Shown here: positions 38,096 through 49,772 of the stretch, piece after piece
Position numbering within the stretch: position 1 is the stretch's first letter
Layout: each line of letters starts with the position of its first letter
Assembly (NCBI GenBank): GCA_965218095.1
Contig: OZ244587.1
Location: forward strand, 1,568,001-1,632,000
Source of the DNA: Candidatus Poribacteria bacterium
GTDB lineage: Bacteria > Poribacteria > WGA-4E > PCPOR2b
Length of the DNA: 64,000 nucleotides
Reading direction: 5' to 3'
Translations under genes and position numbers: made by a program
Notes under the pieces: model-generated
Databases searched by the model: none
What the model saw: only the letters and a program-made list of their open reading frames with translations
Told to the model about the DNA's origin: nothing

Positions 38096-39355
38096 ATGAG
38101 GCGTTATCCTGAATATAAAGAGAGTGGTGTGGAGTGGATTAGGGAGATACCAGCGCATTGGGAAATAGGGGAAATAAAACACATCGCAACTTTTGTAAGT
38201 CAGAAATCGACTCCTGAGACAGATGCTATAAAAATTTCACCTGAAAATATTGAATCGGAAACAGGCAAAGTTCTCGATTTTTACAGTTCCTATGATTCAG
38301 TTGGCGTGAAATTCCAAGCTGGGGATGTGTTATTCAACAAACTTCGCGTCTACCTCAGCAAGGTGGTCTTTGCAGAATATAGTGGTTACTCCCTCGGTGA
38401 AATGATAGTAATAAGACCCTTTTTACAAGACACAGGTAAACATCTCTTCTATCTGATGCTATCCTGTCGTTTCATTGAATACTGCAACTCTATATCCGAG
38501 GGGGTGAAAATGCCACGAACAGACGTTAATGACATTCTGAATGCACAAATCCCCATTACTTCACATCAGGAACAAACCCAAATCGCCAACTTCCTCGACC
38601 GCAAGACGCGACAGATTGACGAACTCATCCGCATCAAAGAACGAAAGATAGAACTGCTGCACGAACAACGAACCGTCCTGATAAATCAGGTAGTGACGAA
38701 GGGGCTTGACCCGAATGTGGAAATGAAACCATCGGGGGTCGAGTGGATTGAGGAGATACCGGCACATTGGGAAATGATAAAAACAAAGTACCTATTTCGG
38801 CTGGTTACAGAACCGGCACCCCAAAACAATGACTATGAACTTTTATCAATTTATACAGAGATTGGTGTTAAACCCAGAAAAGAACTTGAGGAAAGGGGGA
38901 ACAGAGCTACCACAACGGACGGATATTGGTTAGTCAAAAAAGGCGATTTCATCGTCAATAAACTTCTCGCATGGATGGGTGCGATTGGCTTATCTAATTA
39001 TGAAGGCGTAACAAGCCCTGCTTACGACATTTTAAGAAAGATTCGTCCCCTAAATGAACGTTTCTATGAATATCTATTTCGGTGTGGACTTTATTTCACA
39101 GAATTTAAGAAACGGTCAAAAGGTATTATGGAAGTCAGATTAAGATTGTATTTTGATCAATTTGGTCAAATCCCTTTAGTGTTTCCATCAGTTGACGAAC
39201 AGGATAAAATCGCCAGCTTCCTTGACCGCAAAACCGAGCAGATCGACGAACTGATATCCGCAGAACAGCGAAAAGTTGAACTCCTCAAAGAATACCGTCA
39301 ATCCCTCATCTCCGAAGTTGTCACCGGCAAGATAGATGTCCGAAGCGAGGTTTAG
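38096..39355 (+). CDS. hsdS: Type I restriction-modification specificity subunit (orphan)
   Basis: Two YK.SGVEWI.EIPAHWE repeats, two EQ..IA.FLDRKT.QIDELI spacers, two variable TRDs, C-terminal VTGKIDV. Confidence 0.93.
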   Translation: MRRYPEYKESGVEWIREIPAHWEIGEIKHIATFVSQKSTPETDAIKISPENIESETGKVLDFYSSYDSVGVKFQAGDVLFNKLRVYLSKVVFAEYSGYSLGEMIVIRPFLQDTGKHLFYLMLSCRFIEYCNSISEGVKMPRTDVNDILNAQIPITSHQEQTQIANFLDRKTRQIDELIRIKERKIELLHEQRTVLINQVVTKGLDPNVEMKPSGVEWIEEIPAHWEMIKTKYLFRLVTEPAPQNNDYELLSIYTEIGVKPRKELEERGNRATTTDGYWLVKKGDFIVNKLLAWMGAIGLSNYEGVTSPAYDILRKIRPLNERFYEYLFRCGLYFTEFKKRSKGIMEVRLRLYFDQFGQIPLVFPSVDEQDKIASFLDRKTEQIDELISAEQRKVELLKEYRQSLISEVVTGKIDVRSEV

Positions 39356-39358
39356 ACC

Positions 39359-39588
39359 ATGCCCACGTATACCGAAACAGACTTTGAAAACCACATCGAA
39401 GCGCAGTTGAACCCGTCGGGCTAAAGGTCTCCTACCTGTGGGAAGACATCCTACAGCCTGATAACCTGATGGAGTTAATCAACAGTTTTATCCATGAGCA
39501 GGAAGTTACAGACACGGTTTACGACCCCGAACTCGGCGCGGTGAAAGATGTGAAGTGCCCTGTACTCAAACTGAACTTGGGTCGTTAG
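39359..39588 (+). pseudogene. Type I RM HsdR remnant
   Basis: MPTYTETDFENHIEAQL..SG* joined to internal YLWEDILQPDNLMELINSFIH. Confidence 0.7.
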
Positions 39589-39606
39589 CGTGTAAATGGA
39601 GGATAT

Positions 39607-39873
39607 ATGTTTTTTACATTACTGTTAGTCACATTCGTCTTAGCGGCTGTTGTCTCATTTTGGGTTGTGAAGGTCTTTAATAAGCCAATATCCACCATCT
39701 TTAGGCGCATCATTCAGGACGAGATCAGCAGTGCGTGGCATAAGTATGTGAAATTTGCTGCTTATGTAGTTGGTATTTCCGGTGGTGTGAGAATACATGA
39801 GCTAGAAAGATATATAAGTGCACCTACCAAAGATTCTCAGGTTTTAGAGTTGAATAGTGATCAATGGATACTA
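39607..39873 (+). pseudogene. Small membrane protein truncated by an IS
   Basis: Two hydrophobic segments; last codons (GSVDI*) come from the IS end. Confidence 0.7.
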
Positions 39874-40674
39874 GGTTCTGTTGACATTTGAGTATAAGGT
39901 TGTGGCATAATAGAAGAATGATGCCAATAACTTTACCCGATGACCCATGGAAAAAGATATACAGATTTCTTCTAAGTTGCCCCAACATCTATGTTGGCAA
40001 CGAAGCGACAACGCGCCGCTTTGTCGAAGCGGTTCTGTGGGTGACTCGTAGCGGCGCTCAATGGCGGCTTCTGCCAGACACCTATGGTAAATGGAACACC
40101 CGCTACAAGCAGTTTGCTCGATGGTGCGACAAAGATGTCTTGACACAGATGCACCACCACTTCGCCTCTGCGAGTCGATTATTATTGACAGTACCATCTC
40201 ACCCGTGTGCGGCGGGCGCCTTAAAAAAAAGGGTGGGACTGAAAACCAAGCATTAGGTCGCTCTCAAGGTGGCTTCAGTACAAAAATTCACATCGCAGTT
40301 GACGGACTAGGCAATCCCCTAAGAATTCATCTGACACCCGGTCAGAGACACGACATAGTTGAGGCGGAAGGGTTGATAATCGGATATAACAGCGAGATGT
40401 AATTGGAGACAAGGGATACGATTCAGACGCTTTTATCGCGGTTATCAAGACGAATGGAGCGATTGCGGTGATACCGCCCAAAAGTCATCGTCTCGACCAA
40501 AGAACGTATGACAAACATTTATACAAAGAGAGACATCGGGTTGAATGTTTCATCAACAAGATAAAATGGTATCGTCGTATCTTCTCTCGGTTTGAGGAGC
40601 TAGCTGTCCGTTATTTTGGATTTCTCAGCTTTGTCTCCACTCTTATATGGCTCCCTTGAAATGTCAATAGAACC
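39874..40674 (+). mobile_element. IS5-family element (IS427-like), degenerate copy
   Basis: TIRs ggttctgttgacattt / aaatgtcaatagaacc flanked by TA; [47 protein letters not shown]; small deletions. Confidence 0.92.
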
Positions 40675-40706
40675 TATTACTACAACGTAAAGAGGAGGTA
40701 ATAACG

Positions 40707-41625
40707 ATGACTGACTACCGTTTCAAAATTGGGATGTTTCTTCAAATGACGGGCTTATCTTTTGACGAGGAGCTTGCCCTCGCGGAGGAGCTCGGCGCGG
40801 GGTATGGTTGGTTCACTGACCTCGACTGGGCAATCGGCGGCGAGATATGTTGATAGGCTTGGCGAACGAGCTGCCCGGCATGGGGTCAAGCCGTTTACGA
40901 TTGGCACTGGCGGCACCTTTAGTAAACTTCACCTGGCCGATCTGGAATTGGAGACGCTGCAGGACCATCCAGAGTTTTGCACAGATTTCAACCGCCTCAT
41001 TCAGAGCATGCAAGCTGCCAACCGTCTCGGCTCGGATTCGGTGTTGGCTTACACTTTCGCCTGGCCTGGCGAATACTTTGCCGGCAAGCCGACTTGGCCA
41101 ATGCGTTGGCTGACCCGGGGCGGCGCCATCGCCGACGTTGACATGGAGAAACTGGTCAAAGTGTTCTCCCTCGTGGCAGAGCAGGCTGAAAAATACAACA
41201 TTGATGTCGTCCTCGCCAATCTGCCGTGGCACTATACCAACACCACTAGCCATTGTCGCGCTCTGGTTGAGCGGGTCGGCTCCAAGCAGATTAAAATTAT
41301 GTGGCACCCGTCCAATAACCTGACCGCCGGTGAGTCGGATTCAGCGACGGCGGGCTTCATTAACGTGCGTCCTTACCTCTATTCGCTCCATGTGAAAGAT
41401 TTGCGCGTCATTGACGGTCTGAAGCTCAATTTCGAGTACTGCCCCTTGGGCGAAGGTGACGTTGATTACCTGACTGTGCTGCGAAATCTTCGTGACCACC
41501 GCTGTGATGTCATTTTTGCAGTCGCCACGCATTTCCTACCACCTAGCGGTTCTGGTGCAGACGCAATGCGAATCAACTTTGCCAATCTCAAGCCGCTCAT
41601 CGAACAGGTGGAGGCGGGCGGATAA
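40707..41625 (+). pseudogene. Sugar phosphate isomerase/epimerase, frameshifted near 40845
   Basis: RBS GAGGAGG; MTDYRFKIGMFL...FDEELALAEELG in one frame, LHVKD / PLGEGDVDY in ORF 40762-41625. Confidence 0.75.
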
Positions 41626-41635
41626 GGAGTACGCT

Positions 41636-42035
41636 GTAATACCACCCTCTTAGAAATACGCCTTTTCGTTCCCCCTCACCCGGCCTCTCCCACCGGGCTA
41701 ATCCTTATCCACAAATTTGCAACGCCTTGTGGGGCGTGGGTTTGCGCCCGACGATGAATCGTCGGGCTACAGGGCTGCGTCCGATGAATCGGACTTTTCG
41801 GACCGGCTGAAAGCCCGATTTATCGGGCGTCTGTACCTCTAACTCGGCGACTTCATCGCCGAGCAAAAAGATGTGGGTAAAGATAAGCCCACCAGGGGGA
41901 AGGAGAGTTGGTGTGCCTTCTCCCCCCCCATGGATCGGGATTCAAAGCAACTTGATGGGGGAAGGTTGGGATGGGGGTGATAAAAGTCTGATTTCAAACT
42001 ATAAGTCGAATTAGACACCCCTGAAGGTATAATAC
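41636..42035. repeat. Outer CCCC-hairpin repeat element hosting two nested insertions
   Basis: ccccctcacccggcctctccc..ggggga and tccccc..ttgatgggggaaggttgggatgggggtg hairpins; ends gtaatacc / ggtataatac. Confidence 0.6.
41698..41887. mobile_element. IS50/IS4-like MITE (190 bp), copy 1
   Basis: TIR ctaatccttatccaca / tgtgggtaaagataag; flanking 9-bp near-duplication cccaccggg / cccaccagg; internal GATGAATC hairpins. Confidence 0.85.
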
Positions 42036-42323
42036 CAGGGCGCTTGGCCAGATCCATTAACCGTCCAAGCTATGGTGTTGGAAGACGCCGGCGGTCTGCG
42101 CGTGCTGTGGAGATTGCCGAGGCATTGAATGACTTCATTCCACCCGCCGCAGCGTTCTGGTCGGTCGAGAGCGCGAGGACTGTCCGCTCCAGATCCGATA
42201 CCCAACTGCTCTGCTATCCCCAAAGAACCGGCAGAGTCTACCCTCCTTGGACATGTGCGTGGCGTGTTTACCGGGGCGAATACGTCTAAGATCAAATCAA
42301 AACACCGACACTGAGGCAAAATC

Positions 42324-43505
42324 ATGTCAGAACGGAAGAAAATCGCTGCCATCATCACCGAGTACCGGGTGCCGGCCCACGCCGACGTCATCGTCGGAAA
42401 GTTCATCAAAGGCTTTCCAACCGACGACGGGCTGCTCGAACCCCGCGTGGACATCGTTTCCATGTACCTGGATCAGATCCCCGAGAACGACATCGGCCTG
42501 ACGGTGTCCGAAAAATACGGCATACCCGTGTATCGCAGTATTCGGCTGGCCCTGTGTCTTGGTGGTGATGAACTGGCCGTCGACGGGGTTCTCGCCATCG
42601 GCGAACACGGCAGTTATGCCTTCAACGAGAAAGGGCAGCATCTGTATCCGAGGCGCTTTTTCTTCGAGCAGATCTGCGGCGTCATCGCCACCTCGGGTCG
42701 CCCGGTCCCCGTGTTCAATGACAAGCACCTGTCCTACAACTGGCGCGACACCAAATGGATGTACGACCGGGTGGCCGAGCTGAACATTCCTTTTATGGCC
42801 GGCTCTTCGGTGCCCCTGTTCTGGCGCGACCCCCGGCTTGAGCACGAACTCGACTCGCCCATTGAGGAGGCCATCGTGCTGGGCTTCAAGGGGATGGACG
42901 GATACGGTTTCCACGGCTTCGAGGCCTTGCAGGCGATGGTGGAACGCCGCCGTGGAGGGGAGCAGGGGATCGCGGCCCTCCAGGTACTGGAGGGAGATGC
43001 GGTTTGGCAGGCCGGCGACGACGGTCTGTGGTCGCGGGATCTGGCCGAAGCCGCTTTGGCGTTGGTAAAGAAGGAGAAACAGGGCGTTATGGAAGAGGGC
43101 TGCGGCCATCCCGTCGTCCTCCTCCTCGAATACAACCACGGCTTCAGGGCGGCCATGCTGCTGCTGAAAGACTACATCAGCGAGTGGGGGTATGCCGCCC
43201 GGGTTGACGGCAGGGTGCAGGCCACAGCGATGAACACCTATGGCCGACCAGACCCCAGCTTCAGCTATCTGGGACTGAACATTCAGGAAATGTTTCTGAC
43301 CGGGGTGCCCCAGTACCCGGTGGAGCGTACACTGTTGGTAAGCGGGGCGCTGGACGCAGCCATGGACTCGATGTATCGCGGGAATGTACGCCTGGAGACA
43401 CCCCATCTGAACGTGGTTTACCGGGCCCCTGAAAGGGCACCCATTCGCCCGTACGCTCCCAGGCCGCACGGGGCAAGCACAGTACCTTTCGAATCGGATG
43501 TGTGA
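42324..43505 (+). CDS. Conserved hypothetical protein, Gfo/Idh/MocA-like fold
   Basis: KIAAIITEYR..HADVIVGKF, VDGVL.IGEHG.Y, VFNDKHLSY, MAGSS, YGFH..EALQ; high-GC codon bias. Confidence 0.8.
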   Translation: MSERKKIAAIITEYRVPAHADVIVGKFIKGFPTDDGLLEPRVDIVSMYLDQIPENDIGLTVSEKYGIPVYRSIRLALCLGGDELAVDGVLAIGEHGSYAFNEKGQHLYPRRFFFEQICGVIATSGRPVPVFNDKHLSYNWRDTKWMYDRVAELNIPFMAGSSVPLFWRDPRLEHELDSPIEEAIVLGFKGMDGYGFHGFEALQAMVERRRGGEQGIAALQVLEGDAVWQAGDDGLWSRDLAEAALALVKKEKQGVMEEGCGHPVVLLLEYNHGFRAAMLLLKDYISEWGYAARVDGRVQATAMNTYGRPDPSFSYLGLNIQEMFLTGVPQYPVERTLLVSGALDAAMDSMYRGNVRLETPHLNVVYRAPERAPIRPYAPRPHGASTVPFESDV

Positions 43506-43675
43506 AGGATACAACCCCATACGCAGCAAGCCAACAAATTAACGCCATAATAATAGATTGATAATTAACATGAGAATTCTGCGCTAGCGAGGGAGCGAGG
43601 AAGAGCCTCCCCCGATAGATTGGGACTAAGAAGCCTCACACACTCGCATCCTCATCAGATGAAGGAAGGCAACCA

Positions 43676-43830
43676 ATGGAAGTGCAACTCTCCCAGGAAC
43701 ATATCGAGGCCGTCGATCGCCAATGGCGGGTGGTCGTCAACTTCGACGCGATCATCGGGGACGCTGAAAGCTTCACCACCAAGGAGGTCGCGGAGCTGGT
43801 GAAGTGGAAGTTCATGTACATCTTGACGGC
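43676..43830 (+). pseudogene. N-terminal fragment of a GHL10-like protein
   Basis: MEVQLSQEHIEAVDRQWRVVVNFD resembles MSTIKLSNQHIADLNRRRRTVVNYD at 55103. Confidence 0.55.
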
Positions 43831-44175
43831 GCGATCTTTACGGTTTATTACATCACCGGCAGTGATGGGATGGCCCATGCAGCCGCTACCAAGTAGCGAC
43901 TGCATGGCGACCTATAATCGGAGATTCAATATAGTTCAGAAAAGCGTCTTGAATCAGTGAGCAGAACAATTTTTGTGTGAAAATACAAATGACGACAAAC
44001 GATGAACACTGAATTCAAAGCACAGATGAGCGCAGCCATACGAGAAATGCTGTCGCTGTTCGTCCGGTACGTCTCCGCTACGCGAGAGTGCAAACACCTG
44101 TGGTCGTATGGAACCGGAAATGTGGGCGTACACGGCCGCGTCGTGGCCGCGCGGAAATAGAAAGGATTCCTGATC

Positions 44176-44961
44176 ATGACGGTCAACGAAGCCCTCAGGA
44201 ACCTGGGCGTCCGCGATGACACCCTGTCGCCAGAACAGAAGGAGTTTCTCGACGAGAACGGATATTTGCCGCTTCCCGGGATACTAGCGGAGGAGCAGGT
44301 GCGGTCCTTCAACGGACAGCTGCAGAAGCTTGTCGAAGAGCAGGGCAGCGTAGAGGAGCCCACGGAATTTCAGGAGGGAACCCAAATCATCAGAGATTTG
44401 GTCTCCAAAGACACCCTCTTCAACGTCTGCTTCACCGATGCTCGCATTCTCGCCTGCATAAAACACGTCATCGGCGACGACTTCAAACTCTCCTCACTAG
44501 TCTTTCGCTCGGTACTCCCCGCGGCAGGCCAGCAGGAGTTGCATCCGGATTGGCACCCGGAGTGGTGGCGAGACCGCAAGACGCCGTCCGATCGGTTTTC
44601 CTGCAATTCTATCTGGATGCTGGACGACTTCACCACCGAGAACGGCGGCACGCGGATCGTGCCGGGGTCGCACAACAGATTAACGTTTCCCGAAGACGAA
44701 ATGGATGATCCCAAGCAGCCGCACCCGAACGAAATTCAACTGACAGGGAGGGTGGGGACGGTGGGGGTATTCACCGGTCACACCTGGCACGGCGGCGCCC
44801 ACAACGGCACCGACGCCCCCCGCCGCGCGGTATTGGCCTATTTCTGCCGTAGCGATCAGCCGCCACAGCAGGATTACAGGAATACCATTTCGTCTGAGGT
44901 TTACGCCCGGTTGAGCAGGGAAGTCAGAGCCATTCTGGACGCGGGTAAGGAGGACGAATGA
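44176..44961 (+). CDS. PhyH family dioxygenase
   Basis: DENGY, LHPD, IWMLDDFT.ENGGTR.VPGSH, WHGG..N. Confidence 0.9.
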   Translation: MTVNEALRNLGVRDDTLSPEQKEFLDENGYLPLPGILAEEQVRSFNGQLQKLVEEQGSVEEPTEFQEGTQIIRDLVSKDTLFNVCFTDARILACIKHVIGDDFKLSSLVFRSVLPAAGQQELHPDWHPEWWRDRKTPSDRFSCNSIWMLDDFTTENGGTRIVPGSHNRLTFPEDEMDDPKQPHPNEIQLTGRVGTVGVFTGHTWHGGAHNGTDAPRRAVLAYFCRSDQPPQQDYRNTISSEVYARLSREVRAILDAGKEDE

Positions 44962-45024
44962 TTAGGAGGAATGAAAATCCAGCTAGAAAGGTCGCCGACA
45001 ATTTCTACCTTGATACAAATTCGC

Positions 45025-45053
45025 TTGACAAAGTTCAGGCACAGTGATAACAT
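45025..45053 (+). promoter_or_regulatory. Possible sigma70 promoter
   Basis: TTGACA-17-TAACAT. Confidence 0.45.
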
Positions 45054-45357
45054 TGGTGGAAAAATTCGTATTCTTGAGCGAGACACCGCAATCACTAATT
45101 TTACTCAATCGGCGTTTGCGGATCCCTAAATGTTCCTATGAAAGCCATCTGTTCTATTTTATACCGTCGAAGCATCCCTCGTCGGTTTTTAGCCTTGAGA
45201 CAATCATTGGGGGCGTAGGTTGTATTGACCCGCTGTGCAGATGGTGAATGTCACCTGTGGCAAAAATCCTTTTACTACAAGGAAGAAACCAGCGGGACGT
45301 CACTTGCTGAGCCGCTTGTGGCCTCGCTACAGAACAGATATGGAGCTCAGGAGAATA

Positions 45358-47700
45358 ATGCGCAAACCAAGGCTGATCTATTACAACGACGCCCGCCATT
45401 ACCTCATGTACCGGTTCGACCCACCGATGAGTCCCTACCGCCTCCGGCAGCCAGTGGACGAGATCCTGGGCACCGGCGTCAATACGCTATCCTTCGGCTT
45501 GGCCTCTGGGCAGACGTTCTGGCACGACACAAAAGTGGGGAGAGAGAATCGAGAGGCATAACAACGGCGTCATGTGGTGGCGCGCCGGCGAGAACTTGAA
45601 CCATGCGCTCAAGGCAGGCATTGACCCGCTGAAGCCGGTGGTGGACCGTGCGCACGAAAAGGGAATCCAGGTCTTTTGCAGCCTGAAAATGAATGACGCA
45701 AGCTATCCGGGCGGAGAGAGACTCTACTGGTTGGGCCGGCTCAAGTGGGATCGCCCTGAGGTGATGATCGGGGAGGAGAATCCTAATATCCCTGAGCGTG
45801 CGGCCGCCTGCTCCGACTACGCCCGCCCCGAGGTCCGACAGGAGCGTCTGGACGTTATCGAAGAGGTGTGCGACCGATACGGCGCCGACAGACTGGAGAT
45901 GGACGACTGTCTCAAGGACAGCCCATCGCGGGTATTCTTCAAGCTCTCAGAGGCCCGCCAGAACGCCCCGATTCTGACTGACTTTGTGCGACAGGTCCGG
46001 ATGCTGCTCGACAGAATCGGCGACAAGAGGGGGGAGCAGTTATGTCTGGCAACGCGCGTGCACCCGGTGGAAGACGCGAACTTGGCAGTTGGGATGGATG
46101 TGCGGACCTGGCTGTCCGAGGGACTGGTGAATCTAGGTTCTGTTGACATTTGAGTATAAGGTTGTGGCATAATAGAAGAATGACGCCAATAACCTTACCT
46201 AATGAACAATGGAATAAGATATACCGGTTTCTTCTAAGCTGTCCCACCATCTTACACGCCGCTTCGTCGAAGCCGTCCTGTGGGTGACTCGTAGCGGGGC
46301 TCAATGGAGACTTCTACCAGACACCTATGGCAAATGGAACACCCGCTACAAGCGGTTTGCTCGATGGTGCGACAAAGGTATCTTCACACAGATGCACCAC
46401 CACTTCGCCTCTGACCCCGATATCGAGTCGCTTATTGTGGACAGTACCATCTGCCGCGCTCACCCGTCTGCGGCGGGCGCCGAAAAAAAAGGGTGGCACT
46501 GAAAACCAAGCATTAGGTCGGTCTCGGGGCGGTTTCAGTACAAAAAATCACATCACAGTTGACGGACTAGGCAATCCGCTAAGAATACATCTGACACCCG
46601 GTCAGAGACATGACATAACTGAGGCGGAAGGGTTGATAATCGGATATAACAGTGAATATGTGATTGGAGACAAGGGGTACGATTCGGACGCTTTTATCGC
46701 GGTTATTGAGGCGAATGGAGTGATTGCGGTGATACCGCCAAAAAGTCATCGTGTTGACCAAAGAACGTATGACAAACGCTTATACAAAGAGAGACATCAG
46801 GTTGAATGTTTCATCAACAAGATAAAATGGTATCGTCGTATCTTCTCTCGGTTTGAGAAGCTAGCTGTCCGTTATTTTGGATTTCTCAGCTTTGTCTCCA
46901 CTCTTATATGGCTCCCTTGAAATGTCAACAGAACCTAGTAATTCCGTTCCTCGGCGGAATGGAAGACAAGCTAGTTGACTCTCAGCAGTCGTCCGGGTGG
47001 CTCGTAGAGTCCGCCCACTAGGCAGGGGCCTGGGTCTACACCCCTGTGGGAAACGTACCTTACGACGATCGATACGACACCGCCACGACCGAGATGTACC
47101 GGTCCGCCGCGACCAACGCCCGGGCACGGGGCGCCGACGGGCTCTACCTTCAGGACCTTCCTTGGCCGCACACCGAGAGGGAGTACCAGGTTTTGCGTGA
47201 GTTGGGCGACCGGGACATCTACGAACGGAAGGCGAAACATTACATACTAGCCCCTGGCAGTTCGGGCCCAGACAACGCCCCGCTGGGACGACATCTTCCC
47301 ATAACGTTGGAGGAAGGGGCGCCGGCACGCGTACCCATCTTCCTCGGCGATGCGCTGGACGCAGCGCGAGCGGACAGTGAGCTGGAGCGGGTAACGCTGG
47401 GGGTACGGATAATGGCAACCTGCCCCGAGGATCGCTTCACGTTCCGCTTCAACGGCCAGAAACTGCCTCTGGATGATGCGCGAATCACAACCCACTATGG
47501 CGGGATCGTCCCGTACGTGGCGCATCGAGGATAGCTGCCTCAGCGTATAGACACCTACTACCTGTTCGATTTTGACCTGCCGCCGGACCTGGCGCGCGAG
47601 GGTGAGAACGAGTTTGAGATAACTATGGACCACCACTTCAAGGCACTGACTGATGATCACGTGCTCCTCCAGGTCGAGTCCGAATATCCTATGTAGAGCC
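45358..47700 (+). pseudogene. GHL10-like paralog, frameshifted and interrupted by IS5
   Basis: MRKPRLIYYNDARHY; DPL..VVDRAHEKG; WLSEGLVNL|IS|VIP; GADGLY; later TAG at 47532-47534. Confidence 0.85.
46136..46935 (+). mobile_element. IS5-family element (IS427-like), clean insertion with TA duplication
   Basis: Perfect TIRs ggttctgttgacattt / aaatgtcaacagaacc; target cTAg; two-ORF transposase with A8GGG slippery site near 46483-46493; small 5' deletion versus copy 1. Confidence 0.93.
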
Positions 47701-48026
47701 GCCTGTGAGAGTGCAGGGACAGATATAGAAAGGGAAGTGAAATGGCGAGGTATCGGGGTGGAATTTTGGCCTGGGATGGACAGGATTGCTCTACGACCTG
47801 GCTGAGAGGCATTACGGTCCAAAGGGCGTCAGCGGCCTGACCCTTATCAGGCGAGGGAGGGAGGATTAGTTTTTAGCGACTTTTCTACAACGAAATCCTT
47901 AAATCCGTGCCATTCCTCGGATATGGGGTTATGTTCATTCTAATTACAAGTTAGTCTGCCTTCAGGCGGTTTACGGCTACGATCAGTGGCTGGAGGTCTA
48001 TGCTAGCGATTCGAGAGGAGGCTAAA

Positions 48027-48863
48027 ATGTCGAAACTTCTGAATGAAAATGCCATCGCACAATACAATCGGGATGGATACTATTTCCCGGTCAGGATACT
48101 AGACGACGACCAAGTGGCAGCCAACCGAACATTGCTCGAGAATTTCGAAACTACTCAAGGCAAACCAATTGAGGGAGCACAGCGGAGCAAGTCTCATTTG
48201 CTCTTCACATGGGTTGACGATCTGATGCACCATACAAAGATTCTTGATGCGGTCGAGGATCTGATTGGCCCGGATATCCTTTGCTGGAATACGTTCTTCT
48301 GGATCAAGGAGCCGCGAAGCGAGAGTTTCGTCTCGTGGCATCAGGATCTGCGTTATTGGGGCCTCGATACCAACGACCTGGTCAGCGTATGGTTGGCGCT
48401 TTCACCGGCAACACTCGAAACCGGCTGTATGCGGGTTCTACCGGGCAGTCACAACGGCGATCTCCTGCCTCACAAGGATGAGTATAAGCCGAACAGTCTC
48501 TTGACCCGGGGGCAGGAAATTGCAGTGCAGGTTGATGAAGCGAAGGCTGTGGCCATGCCGCTGCACCCCGGTGAAATTTCGCTTCACAATGTGCGGTTGG
48601 CGCACGCGTCGGGTCCCAACCGGTCAAAGGGTCGTCGTATTGGGCTTTCGATGCATTACATGCCCACCCGCACCAAGCAAATCGTCGGTGAATGGGACAG
48701 CGCAGCGCTTGTCCGCGGCTCTGACCGGTTCGGTCACTTTAAGGACACCCCCCGCCCAGTCAGGGACCTGGATCCTGCTGCGGTTCAGTTTCACGAGAAG
48801 GCAACCAATGCCGTTCGCGAGATCCTTTTCAATGATGCTGAGAAAGTGCGTCATACACTCTGA
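48027..48863 (+). CDS. PhyH family dioxygenase
   Basis: RDGY, VSWHQD, WLALS, GCMRVLPGSH, SLH...AHAS.PN..RRIG. Confidence 0.92.
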   Translation: MSKLLNENAIAQYNRDGYYFPVRILDDDQVAANRTLLENFETTQGKPIEGAQRSKSHLLFTWVDDLMHHTKILDAVEDLIGPDILCWNTFFWIKEPRSESFVSWHQDLRYWGLDTNDLVSVWLALSPATLETGCMRVLPGSHNGDLLPHKDEYKPNSLLTRGQEIAVQVDEAKAVAMPLHPGEISLHNVRLAHASGPNRSKGRRIGLSMHYMPTRTKQIVGEWDSAALVRGSDRFGHFKDTPRPVRDLDPAAVQFHEKATNAVREILFNDAEKVRHTL

Positions 48864-48968
48864 TCCGCCTGTACGTTTATATATTCAAGCTGCCTGTGGA
48901 CGCTGGCAGGGCGATACAGAAACCAAGTAAGTCGTTTGTGCAATCTTCTTAGTCCCGATCTATCGGGG

Positions 48969-49077
48969 TGACGGCGGGATTTTGTGGTTTTATGACTGTT
49001 TTTGGGGTTGTGGTGGGTTTTGGTTTGTCGGACGTTTTTCGGCAAATTCCCGCCGTAGCTGGACTTTGTCGTTAGCA
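48969..49077 (+). other. attC-like site, left part lost
   Basis: tgacggcggga...tcccgccgtagctggactttgtc-GTTAGCA inverted-repeat arm. Confidence 0.5.
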
Positions 49078-49157
49078 GCAAGGAGAGAGAGGCTATGCTG
49101 GGAATGCGGGTTAAGTACAAGCCTTTGATTGGTCAGTTGTGAATACGAGAGGATTTC

Positions 49158-49256
49158 ATGAGTCTCATTCAATGGATTATCACTGGCGTATCCAGCGGAG
49201 GAATCGGAGGTGTACTCGCTGGGGTCATCTTGGGAGTTTTCCTCGGAAGATATTGA
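49158..49256 (+). CDS. 32-aa hydrophobic glycine-rich peptide (cassette-like)
   Basis: RBS GAGAGGA; MSLIQWIITGVSSGGIGGVLAGVILGVFLGRY*; followed by GCCTAAC..GTTAGAC. Confidence 0.4.
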   Translation: MSLIQWIITGVSSGGIGGVLAGVILGVFLGRY

Positions 49257-49307
49257 GTCGTAAACGCAACGGTATCGCCTAACCAGTCGTTAGACGGCTT
49301 GAATAGT

Positions 49308-49633
49308 ATGAAATTAACTATCCTAATCATTATTCTTGCCTTTGTGATATCTTGCTCTCGATCTCGGCAAGATGAAATTTCTCCAGATGCCGTAGAAGCA
49401 GCAGTGGGATGGATCTGATTTATCACATGAAACTTGTGAACCTGAACGCATCAGACGTTGACCAAGACGAGTTTTCTCTAGAGATGCGTGACCGACTGAC
49501 TTCGAACGCGTGTGGCCAACACAACTACGTAAAATTCCTCCGAGCAGGGGGCACTTTGGTTATCGCATACCGAGCGTCAGGTGGCAAGTTACTAGCGAAA
49601 ATCCGAGTACCACCTTCGTTGTGCGGATTCTAG
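49308..49633 (+). pseudogene. Small lipoprotein (pilotin/PA3611-like), frameshifted; cassette-like
   Basis: MKLTILIIILAFVISC lipobox; second frame C...FL..GG....Y...GG.LL..I.V.P..C; followed by ACATAAC..GAGCTGAC. Confidence 0.5.
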
Positions 49634-49772
49634 GTTGGTACGGCACATAACAAGCAGCTAGAGCTGACGCGATAGCGTTCCATGGTATTCTGAAAAGCGG
49701 GTTGGACTTCGAGCGCGCCTTTTACTCATAGTTGCAGTCGGAAGTCTGCGAAACCACGGAAAAGAGCACAAC

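Noticed and set aside
42040-42310. Coding-like fragment (DPLTVQAMVLED...)
   Set aside because: Too degraded to assign to a family.
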